A stretch of DNA of 64,000 bases from Thecamonas trahens ATCC 50062 (Eukaryota; Protista; Apusomonadida). Below are positions 1 to 10,912 of the stretch, piece by piece (within the stretch, counting starts at the first letter, position 1; each line of letters starts with the position of its first letter). Position numbers and translations under genes: made by a program. A model generated the notes under the pieces. The model saw only the letters and a program-made list of their open reading frames with translations, made no database searches and was not told the origin of the DNA. The stretch spans positions 209,873-273,872 of the forward strand of contig NW_013657664.1 of NCBI RefSeq assembly GCF_000142905.1, read 5' to 3'.

Positions 1-914
1 CCGCCCCAGGCTCTAGACTACGCATCATGCCGGTGGCAGATTTGCCGCAGGCGCTCGTCGGCTCCTCCGCGCCGCTCGACGCGCTTGTTCTCGACGAGGT
101 CGACGCACTCATCCAGCCGCCGTCGCGCTACGCTGCACGGCAGCCGCCGCAGGCGCAGCCGAAACACACATCCCACGACCTTCTCTCGCCTGCGGACCTC
201 CGCGCCTCCATCCGCAGCATTGATCCGGAGCACGGCGTCCTCGTCGCGGTTTCGGCCTCGATCAATGCCCCGCTGCGCCACATGCTCCGCGATCCGCGGC
301 TCGGTCTGCGGCGTCCGTTTCTCCGGCTTGGCTCGCAACCGGGTGCCTCGCCGCTTCCTCCGTCGATTGCCATCACCAGCTTACCTGTCGCAGACCGCGA
401 TGCCAAGCTGGATGCCGTCGTGTCGCTGCTGTCAGCTTGCCCAGGCGCCAGTACACTGGTCGTTGTCGACTCGGACTCGCGCATCGAGTCCGCCATGGCC
501 GCCCTCACCCGCGCTGGCCTCTATCCAACACAACTTTTGGACCTCGGCTCGCTCTTGCATCCGTCGGATGTACCTCCTGCGCTTATTGTGAGTGATGCAC
601 CGTCTCTGCGCGGCCTCGATCTGTCACATCTCGAGCACGTGGTCATCGCATCTCGACGGCTCCCGCGGCCGCTGGCCAACTTTGCCCACATCGCTGGCCG
701 CGTCGGTCGCGCCTCGCAAGCCGCGTCGGCCACTCGTGTCACTGTCGCCGTCACTCCTGGCGAGTCGGTCATTCTTGATGGCATGCTCCGTCAGCACCGT
801 CGTGCGCTCTCCACCGCCCAATCCGCCACTCCTGGTGCCGGCTCGGCCAGCAGCCCGCACCCCAGGCCTCGACGGGAGGCCGACCCGGCACCCGTCTTCC
901 AGCACCCTTCGTAA
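1..914 (+). CDS. DEAD-box RNA helicase, divergent, 5'-partial (frame open to window edge)
   Basis: LVLDEVD (motif II), SAS (III), LRGLD (V), HIAGRVGR (VI); no stop between position 3 and the ATG at 27; motif I not in window. Confidence 0.75.
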   Translation, partial: APGSRLRIMPVADLPQALVGSSAPLDALVLDEVDALIQPPSRYAARQPPQAQPKHTSHDLLSPADLRASIRSIDPEHGVLVAVSASINAPLRHMLRDPRLGLRRPFLRLGSQPGASPLPPSIAITSLPVADRDAKLDAVVSLLSACPGASTLVVVDSDSRIESAMAALTRAGLYPTQLLDLGSLLHPSDVPPALIVSDAPSLRGLDLSHLEHVVIASRRLPRPLANFAHIAGRVGRASQAASATRVTVAVTPGESVILDGMLRQHRRALSTAQSATPGAGSASSPHPRPRREADPAPVFQHPS

Positions 915-987
915 CGCGTCCCCTCCTCTCGTCTCTCTCTGTAATCGCCTTTACCTTTCCACACACCCTCCCCTACCTGCTCCTAGC

Positions 988-1706
988 ATGGCTGCCGTTG
1001 ACGTTACTGACACCGGCGCCGCCCGCGTGGGCGACGACGACCTCAACAACCTCGACGAGGCGCGTGCCGTCAAGGCGCAGATCCCGTCGTTGGGCGTGAT
1101 GGCCGGGCCACGTGACGGCGAAGAGTGGATTGCACGCCTGAAGGAGGAGTATGCCGCCCTCATCGCAGTACGCTACGATCTCTTGCCCGCCTCCTCTTGT
1201 CTTCCTCGCTCACCCCCTGGCTCAACCTCGCACTCACATCGTACTCGCCGGGCTAGTACGCCGGCAACAACAAGGCCAACGCCACCGATTGGTTCAAGAT
1301 CGAGGCAAACAAGAGCGGGACGCGGTGGTTTGGAACGTGCTGGTACGTCCACAACCTCATCCGCTACGAGTTCGAGCTGGTGGTCACCGTCCCGGTCACC
1401 TTTCCCAAGACCTCGGTCGCCATCCTTCTCCCCGAGCTGGAGAACAAGACGCCCAAGATGTATCGCGGCGGTGCCATCTGCCTCACCGAGCACTTTCATC
1501 CTCTCTGGGCTCGCAACGTGCCTCACTTTGGTATCGCACACGCGTTAGCTCTCGGCCTCGCACCCTGGCTTGCTGCCGAGGTCCCGCACCTGGTTGCGCA
1601 GGGCAGCATCGAGCCGGCGGCGGCAGCATCCTCGGGTGATGGCGCAGCGGGGTCTGCCGTCGGAAATGGGGCAGCGTACGAGTATGAGTATGAATCGGAC
1701 GAGTAG
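988..1706 (+). CDS. UFC1: UFM1-conjugating enzyme 1; exons 988-1167 and 1257-1706
   Basis: [83 protein letters not shown]; GTACGC...AG intron 1168-1256 restores frame. Confidence 0.95.
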
Positions 1707-1839
1707 AGTCGACTGCACTCTGATCGTCCCACGTGGGCTCCACACGCCCCACGTCTTTGCCATCTCTCGCGCTCCACCTGCTCCACACTTTCGTTGCGTT
1801 GTCGATAACTTTGCCTCTTGATCACTCGTCTCGGCAACC

Positions 1840-3407
1840 ATGGCCGCAGGCGTAAAGGCAGATGTGGTTGTTGCTGGGCTTGGTGTCGTTCTCATCTGGT
1901 CTGCCCTCGCTCTTGCCGGTCTGCTTGGCCTTGGGCCATCTCGCTTGCTCCCGTCGTCATCCTTGTGTTGTTCGTCGCATCTCCGTTCCGCCGAGTTATG
2001 CTTTGCAGGCGTTTTCTCCTTGCCGTAGCTCTCACCTCAGCAGTACTTGGTATCGGCAATGACCACAAGGTGGTGTCAAGCGATAAGAGTGGCTATGTGG
2101 CACCGTTTGTTCTGGGCAAGCTCTCCAAGTTCTGTCTCTCGCTGTTGTACCTGCCGGTCATCCGGTACCCAGGACTTGATCTCTGGGTTGCCGGCGGTAT
2201 TATGCCGTTTGAGCGGCGGCTCAAGTTTCATCGCGGCATGGCTGCTGTATTCCTAGCTGTTGCTTCGCTCCACGGCGTCTGGATGGCGCTCAAGTCCAAG
2301 TTCTCGCACTTTGGCCTCGGCGGTGTGTCGCTCTCCGGCACGGTGGCGCTGGTGCTGTTCCTCGCCGTGGGCCTTGGCTCGTTGCCTTGGATCCGCCGGC
2401 ATCACTTCAACTCCTTCTACGCGCTTCACATGCTCCAGTTCCCGGCTGTCATCGCTGCTCTTGTTCATGTCCCGGGCATCGTCATTTATCTTGCGGTTTC
2501 TGGGGGCGTTTGGCTTGCTCTGGCCTTTGCGCGGATGGTGCGAGCCTGGCGGCGGCGGCGGCGCGCGACGCTTGTCCCTCTCCCAGGTGAGGCTACCGAG
2601 CTCTCGCTGGTCTGGCCACGGCAATGGCCGCCGCCACACCCCGGAAGCTACGCCTTTCTCCGAATTGGCGCCATTGCCTCGACCGAGTGGCACCCGTTCT
2701 CGGTCGCCGACTATGATCGCCACTGTGGTCACACCCGCTTCATCGTCAAGGCCGTCCACCATCATCACCACCGTTCGCTGTCGGCCGGAAGCGCAAGACT
2801 GTCATGGACCGCCCGCCTCCGCGAGATGGCCGAGGCCCAAAGCCGCCCCACTGTGTGGATTGATGGCGCGTACGGCGCGTTGACCGTCCCGGCCAATGCC
2901 GTCGCCAAGGCTGGCCATATTGTCTTGGTCTCCGGCGGCGTGGGGGTTACCCCCATGGCGAACCTGCTGCAACATGTCGCTGACGGCGAGTTCCCCAATC
3001 TGCGCAGCGTTTTGTTTGTGTGGACTTCGCGATTGATGGCTGATGTATGTACGCCATGGCTCGGCAACGTGCTCGCACACGCCACCTCTCAACTCGGTGA
3101 GCGTCTTTGCATTTCGCTGTACCAAACCTCGGGCAAGAAAGAGCTGCCGTCATCGTCGCCTCCCAGCTCCAACTCGTCGTCGTCGTCGTCATCGTCATCA
3201 TCGGCTGCCATTGCCAGCTACGAGTGGTCTCTTGGCCGTCCAGATCTTGACGCCATGCTGGCCAACGTCCACACCGCCAATGATGCCGATCACTCCCCGT
3301 TGTCAGTCTTTGTCGCTGTCTGCGGCCCTCCAAGCCTGTGCAACGTTGTCGCAAGCGCTGCAACCCGTCGCGGCTTTGCCGTCCATGTCGAGACCTTTGT
3401 CTTTTAG
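1840..3407 (+). CDS. Ferric reductase / NADPH-oxidase-like flavocytochrome; probable 1-nt frameshift at T-run 2012-2015
   Basis: Heme His pairs (KFHR...LHG; FYALH...LVH), FAD motif EWHPFS, IDGAYG, NADPH motif SGGVGVTP, VCGP, terminal HVETF; ATG 1840 in ACCATGG context gives a hydrophobic N-terminus in another frame. Confidence 0.85.
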
Positions 3408-3910
3408 CCCCCTCCGCCCCCCCTTACGAACACATACCCGAGTCGATCGGCTGGCGTGGATGGTAAACTGGCTCTCCACTACAGCCTAAGCCGAGCCGCC
3501 GTGTCTGCACGCACGACTCAACCGAACGAGTTCACCGGTCGTTCCCATCTTCCCACCCGGTCGCCCACCACTCCCCCGCAGCGGTGGGACAAGACCACGG
3601 CTTCCCACACAACTCGGACGTCTGTACAGTCCACACACTCTCACCCACGGAATTCTCCAGCACCCTACTCCGCTTTGCTACTCCAGTCACCGCACCCCTA
3701 CCTCTCGCTTGCCACTCCTCCGTCGTGCACATGTACGCTGCAGGCCCCCAGTCACCGTCGATCACCTGGAGACCCCCTCCCCCGCCACATGCCTCCCGTC
3801 CTCTGCCCCCGCTCCCCTTCCTCCCACCCCCTTGCATTCCTACGCCCTCCACCACACTCACGCCCTCCCTTCTCCCGTCATCCCCCTCCCACCGCCCTTC
3901 CCCGCTGCAG

Positions 3911-5423
3911 GTCCGGAACACGTCCTGGTGTACGCCAAAAAATGCCGCACAACCCGCCACGTGCCCCTCCCTTGCTGTCCAACCCCCCCCTTCACCCCAA
4001 CCCCTCCACTCACCACAGCTGGTTCTTGTGATACTAGGCCAATCCCGGCGCCAAGCCCGGTGCTAAGCCCGGCGCCAAGCCTGGAGCCAAGCCAGGCGCC
4101 AAGCCAGGCGCCAAGCCAGGCGCCAAGCCTGGAGCCAAGCCCGGCGCCAAGCCTGGAGCCAAGCCGGGAGCCAAGCCTGGAGCCAAGCCGGGCGCCAAGC
4201 CTGGAGCCAAGCCAGGCGCCAAGCCCGGTGCTAAGCCTGGCCGATCGAGCGCTGGAAGTTCTGCATCGTCGTCGCGCAAAGTCTCGATGGGCTCCGAGGC
4301 GGTCACCGCGCTGACGGCGAACATGTCGCGGTTCCAGGACATTGTGGGCAAGGCGATGCAGGTCATGCATCCGATGTCGGGCGAGTGGTCGCTGCTCAAG
4401 GTGACAGGCTCGGTGCCGTCGGGCCGGTACAACGCTGCGGTGAATGTTATTGGCTCGAACATGTACGTGTTTGGTGGCACCAAGGGCGGTGGGCGGCGTC
4501 TCCACTTTAACGATGTGTACGTGCTCAACCTCGAGACCGGAGAGTGGACGATGCCGCGCGTTTCGGGCACTCCGCCGTCACCGCGGCAGCAGGTGGCGTC
4601 TGCCGTGGTCGGCTCGCAGATCTTCTACTTTGGCGGCATCGACAGCCGAAAGGTGGCGCGGTTCGACGACCTGTACATTCTCGACACCGAGACGATGTCG
4701 TGGATTGCGCCCGAGACTTCTGGCGACAGTCCAACGGCGCGGTCGGGCGCGTCGGCGGCGTTCTTCAACGGAGTGTTCATGGTCATCTTTGGGACCAACA
4801 GCGAGGGCATGGCGGTCAACGATGCGTACGTGCTCGATGTTGACACCTTTGCCTGGTCGGAGCACACCCACGCCGGCTTTGATCCGTTTGCGGAGGAGGA
4901 GGAGCGGCTTATTGATGCTGGCGCCTCGCTGGCTGACATTGTCACGGCCCGGGCCCTCAATGCCAATCCCATCCCGCCGGCCCGCACAGAGGCCGCGGTC
5001 GAGGTTGTCGGCGATGCACTGTACGTATTTGGCGGCTTCTCGGCGCGTGGCCAACACCTCCACGACATGCGCTACTTGCGCAACGAGACATGGAAGCAAC
5101 CGTTCTTCTACGGCCCGCACACCCGCGGCGTTCGCAACCATACCATCTCATGCCTCTCCGACTGTCTCCTCTACGTCTTTGGCGGCGAGAACCTCGGCGC
5201 CTCTTTCTGCACCAACAGCAACCTGGTGGTCTTCAACACCGAGACCCATACCCGCTGGCAGATGACCGCATCTGGCGACGTGCCGGCCTCTCGCACCGGC
5301 CACGGCTCGGTCGCCTTTGGCAACTCGTTGTACATCTTTGGCGGCTACACGAACAAGGCCTGTGCTGACGTCTACGTCTTTACCCCGACAGCTCCTGATG
5401 CCGGTGCATCATCATCGTCGTAA
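3911..5423 (+). CDS. Kelch-repeat protein with N-terminal (AKPG)17 tract; micro-exon 3911-3929, main exon 4038-5423, earlier exon(s) unresolved
   Basis: Repeated PxxR...YVFGG...D..L...W Kelch units; AKPG repeat is in frame with Met 4287; TAG acceptor ending 4037 and GTACGC donor at 3930. Confidence 0.8.
4038..4241 (+). repeat. 12-bp coding tandem repeat, about 17 copies (GCN AAG CCN GGN = AKPG)
   Basis: Directly visible; variation is almost entirely at third codon positions. Confidence 0.95.
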
Positions 5424-5476
5424 ACCGCATTGCAATCACAAGTTGCACACGCTTGCAAGCCGTCGCTCCCGTCTTA

Positions 5477-7055
5477 CTACCGGCTTCTCGGACATGAGCC
5501 CGAGCCCGAGCCCGAGCTTGAGCCGGACCTGGCCTGGGTTGTGGCCTTCACCTTGGCCTTGCACCGCAAGAGCTCGGCCCGCAGCCGGTCCTTTTCCTCC
5601 TCCGACTCGGAGAGTGCCTGCTGAAGGATGATGATGCGCGAGCGGAGCTTCTGGATGAGCACCGCGTCGTCATCTTCGTCGTCGCTGTCAAGCTCCGGAA
5701 GTGCCAGGCGGTCGCCAGAGCTCGTGGCTGACGACGCGGCGGCGCCCGAGTCGGACGCGGTCCATCCGGGCTCGTGGTGAATGAGCGAGACGAGGAGAAC
5801 GGTGATGTTGTCTGTCGAGCCGTTGGCGTACGCCCACTCGGCCACCAGCTCGGCAATGGTCTGCGGATCCTTCTTCTTGGCCATCTGCTCGCGGATCATC
5901 TGCACGGCCTCCTCGGGCGTCATGACGTCCCATAGGCCGTCGCAAGCGAGGAGCACAAACGCGTCGTCCTCGGTCAGCGTGGTCGAGGTCACGTATGCGT
6001 CGGCAATGAGGCCCGACGGCTTGCCCTTGGTATAGCGCTCGTGCTTGAAGCCGGCGTCGCCAATCGACCGGGAGACAGCAATCGACATGACCGCTGGGTT
6101 GAACGCCGGATGGCCGACCCGCCGGTTGTAAATCCGCCCGCCAGCGTCGATCACCCGCTGGCTCTCCTCGGGATTGTCCTTGGGATTGTGGGTCTCAGTC
6201 AGCTTGAGCGCGTGTCTGCGCCGGCAGAGCACCGCCTCCGAGTCGCCGCAGTTAGCCACGAACAGCTTGTTGCCGGCAATGGCGACAACTACCGCAGTCG
6301 TTCCGTCGTGCATCTCCTTCAGCGGATCGTCAACGCTCATGGCCAGCTTCATAAACTCGCGCTCCGACTCTTCAAACGCCTCGCGGAGGCCGCGCTCCAA
6401 GTCGCCGGCCTTGAACCCGTCCGACGCCAGAAAGAACTTGTACAGGTGGACCGAGACCCAGTCAGCTGCCCGCTGCCCGCCGTGCCCGTCAAAGACGCCA
6501 AAGAAGGCATCCACCCCCACTCCGGGCGGCACGTGCAGCGCCATGTGCGCATCCTCCATGCTCTCCCGCCTGCCCTTGATCTCATGCAGCCCATACTGCA
6601 CCTCCAGCTCGGACCGGTAGCTCGGGTCGCCTGGTGGCAGCACGTCGGCTGTCTCAGACTTGAGGTGCAGAAACGCGTCCCTGTCCCCGCTCCACGAAAT
6701 GAGTCCTCCACCCTGCCTCTACCTCTTCCTCCAGCTCTTGGCCCCCCTCCCCTTCCCCTCTAACTGCGCCCTGCTCGCTCGCCCACCATCTCGCCCCCCC
6801 CCCCACCCCCCCCCCCCCCCCCCCCCCTTCCTCTCCGCCTCCCCGCCTGTTCCGCACGTTCCTCCCTCCTCCTCCTCCCTCCCTCCCCCCCCCCCACACC
6901 CACACACACAACCCCTTTCCCCTCTGACTCTGAACATACGACGACGACTGCGACAGCGACATGCGCGACCGAGTACCCTTGGGCAAGAGCGCAAACGATG
7001 ATGATGATCCACGCCGGCCGCGGGAGCTCTTCAGTGTCTCAATGGGGCTTGCCAT
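5477..7055 (-). CDS. PPM/PP2C Ser/Thr phosphatase with C-terminal coiled coil; exons 7055-6940 and 6680-5477
   Basis: GRRESMEDAH, FGVFDGHGG, GTTA, VANCGDSEAVL, AVSRSIGD, LLACDGLWDVM, GSTDNITV; GTATGT donor at 6939, branch ACTCAT 6704-6699, CAG acceptor ending 6681. Confidence 0.93.
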
Positions 7056-7188
7056 GCTTCAAACCGGAGAGACGGGTTGACTTGGGTCAGCTGCTGCGAC
7101 TGCGCCACTGGCCGCGGCAAGCGGGTGGGCGGCAATCGAGGTAGATGTGCAGTGACACTCACCACAGCTGATACATTGGAAGTGATGG

Positions 7189-9308
7189 CTACAACTCACG
7201 ACGGACGTAGACAAGGATGTAGGCTTCGGCGGCGAGGACCTCGGCTTCTGTGACGACGGTTGTCTTCTTGTCGTCAAACTTGATCCAGACGGTGGCTCCC
7301 GAGTGCGAGCGCGTCTTGGCCATTGTGATGTAGTGGCCGCGGGAGAGGCTAAATCCGATGTGGACAATGACTGCAGCCAGGTCATAGAGCTCCGAAGCCG
7401 GCGAGGCCGAGCTGTTGAGCAGTGGCGCGACGTCGAGGTTGGTGAGCGGAAAGGAAATGGCAGTGGCGATCTTGGCCGGGCCGTTCTTATCCCATACAAA
7501 GCGCTTGACATGGAGGCGGAGAACATGTGGCGTTTTCGTCAGTGAGGGGGTCACCTCTGCCTGATGCTTGCCGCCGCAGGCGTCGCAGTCGATGGCGGCG
7601 TCAAGGAGTTCGGGGTGGGAAAGGGCGTAAAGGCAAGTGTCGAGCGGAACATCCTTGCGTCGAGAGGAGGAGGAGACAGTGACGACACGGCCGCGGCTTC
7701 TTCGTGTGAACTGGTGAAACTTGGGCGGGATGTCGATGCTGAGGTCCCAGGCGTCGGCGTCGTTGTGCTTGACGGCACCGCAGCCGAGGCAAGCCAGCGA
7801 GGTTCTCATGCTTGCGCAGAACATGCGCTTCATGGTCGCGAGCGCCAAGCTCCGCGACGACAGTTCCTCGTGAAGGGTATCAAGGAAAAAGGTGAAGAAC
7901 TCGTGGGCATCGTGCTGGTCCGTGCCGCGAAAGCGTGGGAGGAACTTCCACACGGCGGCCTGCAGCTCGTTGGGCACGACGTACTCCCAGCGAATCGACC
8001 ACAGGACTCGCATGAGGTTGCGGATGGCACCAGCGAGCTCCAAGTCTTCATCTTCCTGGCCAGACTCGACCAGTTGGTGGCAGTCGAGCGTCGACTGCCG
8101 CATGAGCGGACGCCGGACACGTGGCGGGGTGAACGGCGGGTTGGTGCCCAGCGGCGTCGCGCCACCGAGCTGCAAGAAAAGTCGCGAAAGGCATCGATAT
8201 GTGAGAGCGCCTGGATAGCCGCGTTCATGTAGCAGGTGTTGCCAAGGTTGTCGAGGCCGACTCGACCCGGGATCCGCTGCCCGAGGCCAGCGCTGCCTGC
8301 CGCAGGCGAGGCCAGTGCCTCCGTGAGCGACGAGCCTGTGCGGCGCGGCGTTGGCGGCATGACCAGCGACGACCTGGTGAGCGAGGCACCTGCACCTACG
8401 GAACTTGCCGATGGAATGTCAACCTTGAGTCGCGGTGCAAGCAGTCGCGACGTGTCGCGGGCCGGCGAGGAAGCCGGCGGCTTGGATTTGACCGGCGGGT
8501 GTCGGGCGTCACGGACCACGCCGCGCCAGGCGGCAAAGGCCTCGGCGAGCACTTCGCGGGCGCGAACTGATGCGCGGTGGCTGGCAACTTCAGCAAACGA
8601 TGGGACTGAGAGCCGTGGGGTGAGCGGAACCGACGAAAAGGTGCGACCCGGCGTGGCCGGCTGCGCAAGCGAGAGGGAGCCGAAGAGGCGGGCCACGTCG
8701 CCCTTGTCAGTGTCGACGCCGCGGCCGAGGCTCAAGTCACACGAGAAGCAAACCACAATCCGCGATGGCAACAGAAGCGCCAGCGCATGCGCAGTATCGC
8801 CAAAATGGGTCCGTGCGTGCCAGTGCTGAGGCGAGAGCGCGCCGCGCGCCGGCCCATCCTTGCTCCCCGCACACGCCACCGAGCCGCAGGTGAGGCAGAG
8901 CGCAAAGCCGCCTCCACCTGCAACCGCGCCACAAGCCTGTAGAGCACAGGCTGGCACCACTGGTCCGCCCTGGACCACATCATCCAGAACCGCCGAGCAC
9001 AAGTCCAGTCGCTGCATGTGCGGGCATGAATCAACGGGATCGGACCCGCTCTCGACCTGGCCATCGTCGCCTGCCGGCAGTAGTGTCACCAGCGGCCGGG
9101 CCTTCTTGGTAGCGGGCGACGACACAGCCGCCGCTGCAGCCCGGCGCCTGCGCTTGCGCGAGCCACTGCTGCTCGGCCGAGCCAGACGCGCGCTCTGCCT
9201 CCTCCGCCCCATGCTGGCCACCGCTGTCGCCCCGGAAGGCCTTCGTCTAGAAGTAGCCCGGAGCATACGCATACTGACCGAGTCCCGGCCCGAGCGAGTG
9301 ACCACCAT
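7189..9308 (-). CDS. Ubiquitin-specific protease with ZnF-UBP (USP3/44/49-like); probable 1-nt frameshift at 8177-8180
   Basis: ZnF-UBP (CPH...LCLTCGSVAC...HARTH...H...CFSCD), Cys box GLDNLGNTCYMNAAIQAL, QHDAHEF, His box VIVHIG...GHY, WIKFDD, AYILVY; the two halves lie in different frames. Confidence 0.9.
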
Positions 9309-9330
9309 GGGCGGTGTTCTGTTCCCAGAT

Positions 9331-9378
9331 GCTGTCGCCCTGTGAGACGCTGTCGCCCTGTGAGACGCTGTCGCTCTG
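9331..9378 (+). repeat. 18-bp tandem repeat, about 2.6 copies (GCTGTCGCCCTGTGAGAC)
   Basis: Directly visible just upstream of the USP start codon. Confidence 0.85.
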
Positions 9379-9397
9379 GCCACGACGCTCTCACCGT

Positions 9398-9742
9398 ATG
9401 CAAGACGCTGCTCGAGGCAAGAAAGACGCGGCTCGAGGCAAGGAAGACGCGGCTCGAGGCAAGGACGACGCGGCTCGAGGCAAGGAAGACGCGGTTCAAG
9501 GCAAGGAAGACGCGGCTCGAGGCAAGGACGACGCGGCTCGAGGCAAGGAAGACGCGGTTCAAGGCAAGGAAGACGCGGCTCGAGGCAAGGAAGACGCGGC
9601 TCGAGGCAAGGACGACGCGGCTCGAGGCAAGGAAGACGCGGTTCAAGGCAAGGAAGACGCGGCTCGAGGCAAGGACGACGCGGCTCGAGGCAAGGAGGAC
9701 GCGGTTCAAGGCAAGGAGGATGCGGCTCGTCGAGAGGCGTGA
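9398..9742 (+). CDS. Putative small charged heptad-repeat protein (K[ED]DA[AV][RQ]G)n, 114 aa
   Basis: ATG directly before the first unit and TGA directly after the last; several variants are synonymous in this frame (GCT/GCG, GAA/GAG, GAC/GAT). Confidence 0.45.
   Translation: MQDAARGKKDAARGKEDAARGKDDAARGKEDAVQGKEDAARGKDDAARGKEDAVQGKEDAARGKEDAARGKDDAARGKEDAVQGKEDAARGKDDAARGKEDAVQGKEDAARREA
9401..9733 (+). repeat. 21-bp minisatellite, about 16 units, with a 63-bp higher-order period
   Basis: Unit AAGGAAGACGCGGCTCGAGGC with GAC and GTTCAA variants recurring in a 3-unit cycle. Confidence 0.95.
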
Positions 9743-9963
9743 GCGCGCGCGATAGCGAAAGTGGGCGCAGTTGAGAGAGAGAGTGAGAGTGAGAGAGAGA
9801 GAGAGAGGGGGGGGGGGGGCACTACCACGGACACCGATGGCAGACGGTGAGAAGCGAAAAGCCCGCCAAGTCAAACCCAACTCCACCCCCACCTCCTCCT
9901 TCACCCCTCACACCCACCCTCACCCACAGCCTACATCCCCTCTCACACCACACCACACGGCTT

Positions 9964-10768
9964 ATGGCAGCGTATTCGTCGGGGATGGACCCGGACATTG
10001 CATACACTGTCCGGGTGGTGGTCATTGGAGGTAGGCTGCCCCCTTCACCCTCTTCGCCCTCCCTCCGAGCCCCCCCCCCCCCACACACACACTCATCCAT
10101 CACCTCGTCTCTGATGGCGACATGGCCCCGGCTACACAGATCCAAGCGTGGGAAAGTCGAGCGTGGTGCGAAGGCTAGCAACAGGAATGTTCTCGGAGAA
10201 CCACATTGCCACCATCGGGGCAGAGTTCCACAACGTGGTGCTGGAGGTCCCGATCCCGCCCGAGAATGCGCCCGTCGCTGTCCGAGTCCAACTGTGGGAT
10301 ACGGCCGGCCAGGAGCGGTATCGATCTGTGGCACCAGCATACTATCGCGGTGCACCAGCAGTGATTGTCATGTACAACGTGTGTGCAAAGTCGTCGTTCA
10401 CGGCAGTCGCCTCGTGGCTCAGCGAAGCTGCCGCCCATCTCGGACACGACGGCGCGGTGTTTGCGCTCATGGGCAACAAGATCGATCTTGCTGACGCATC
10501 GGGCGTCGGCTTGCGCGAGGTGAGCCGTGACGATGGCGAGGCGCTCGCTGCCGCGCACGGTATGCTCTTTGCTGAGACGTCGGCCAAGACCGGGGCCGGC
10601 GTGGCGGACGCATACGTCGCGGTCGCGGCTGCAGTTCTCGCCGACGAGGACGCGCGCGACCGATGTACAGCGCAGCGGCACGGGGCCAGGGCCTCGGGGA
10701 TCTCCATCCCCCGCCGCCGAGAAAAGGCGTGGATACGCGCCCCTGGCGGGCCTGCGTGTGGTTGGTGA
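9964..10768 (+). CDS. Rab-family small GTPase; exons 9964-10030 and 10140-10768
   Basis: GDPSVGKSS across splice, TIGAEF, WDTAGQERY, YYRGA, GNKID, ETSAKT; ends ACGW. Confidence 0.93.
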
Positions 10769-10912
10769 CGATGGCGAGGCTGCTGCCGAGGCCGAAGACG
10801 CGGGCGGATGCTGCTTCTGACGAGAAGGGTAAGGTAAGGGGGGACAACAAAGAGCGATGCGGGGTTTGTGCAAAGGGCTATGTGGAGGGCGTGCGCAGCT
10901 TGGGCAGGTGGA

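Noticed and set aside
4034-4570. Minus-strand (PGLA)n ORF and plus-strand (PSQA/PSLE)n ORF
   Set aside because: These are shadow frames of the AKPG repeat; only AKPG is in frame with the Kelch domain.
8165-8230. A small intron explaining the USP frame change (TTTTCTTGCAG looks like an acceptor)
   Set aside because: There is no GT donor or ACTCAY branch motif after the Cys box, and adding one T restores the expected FRDFFL.
9401-9733. 21-bp array as a CRISPR array
   Set aside because: The units are contiguous with no unique spacers, there are no cas genes, and the context is eukaryotic.
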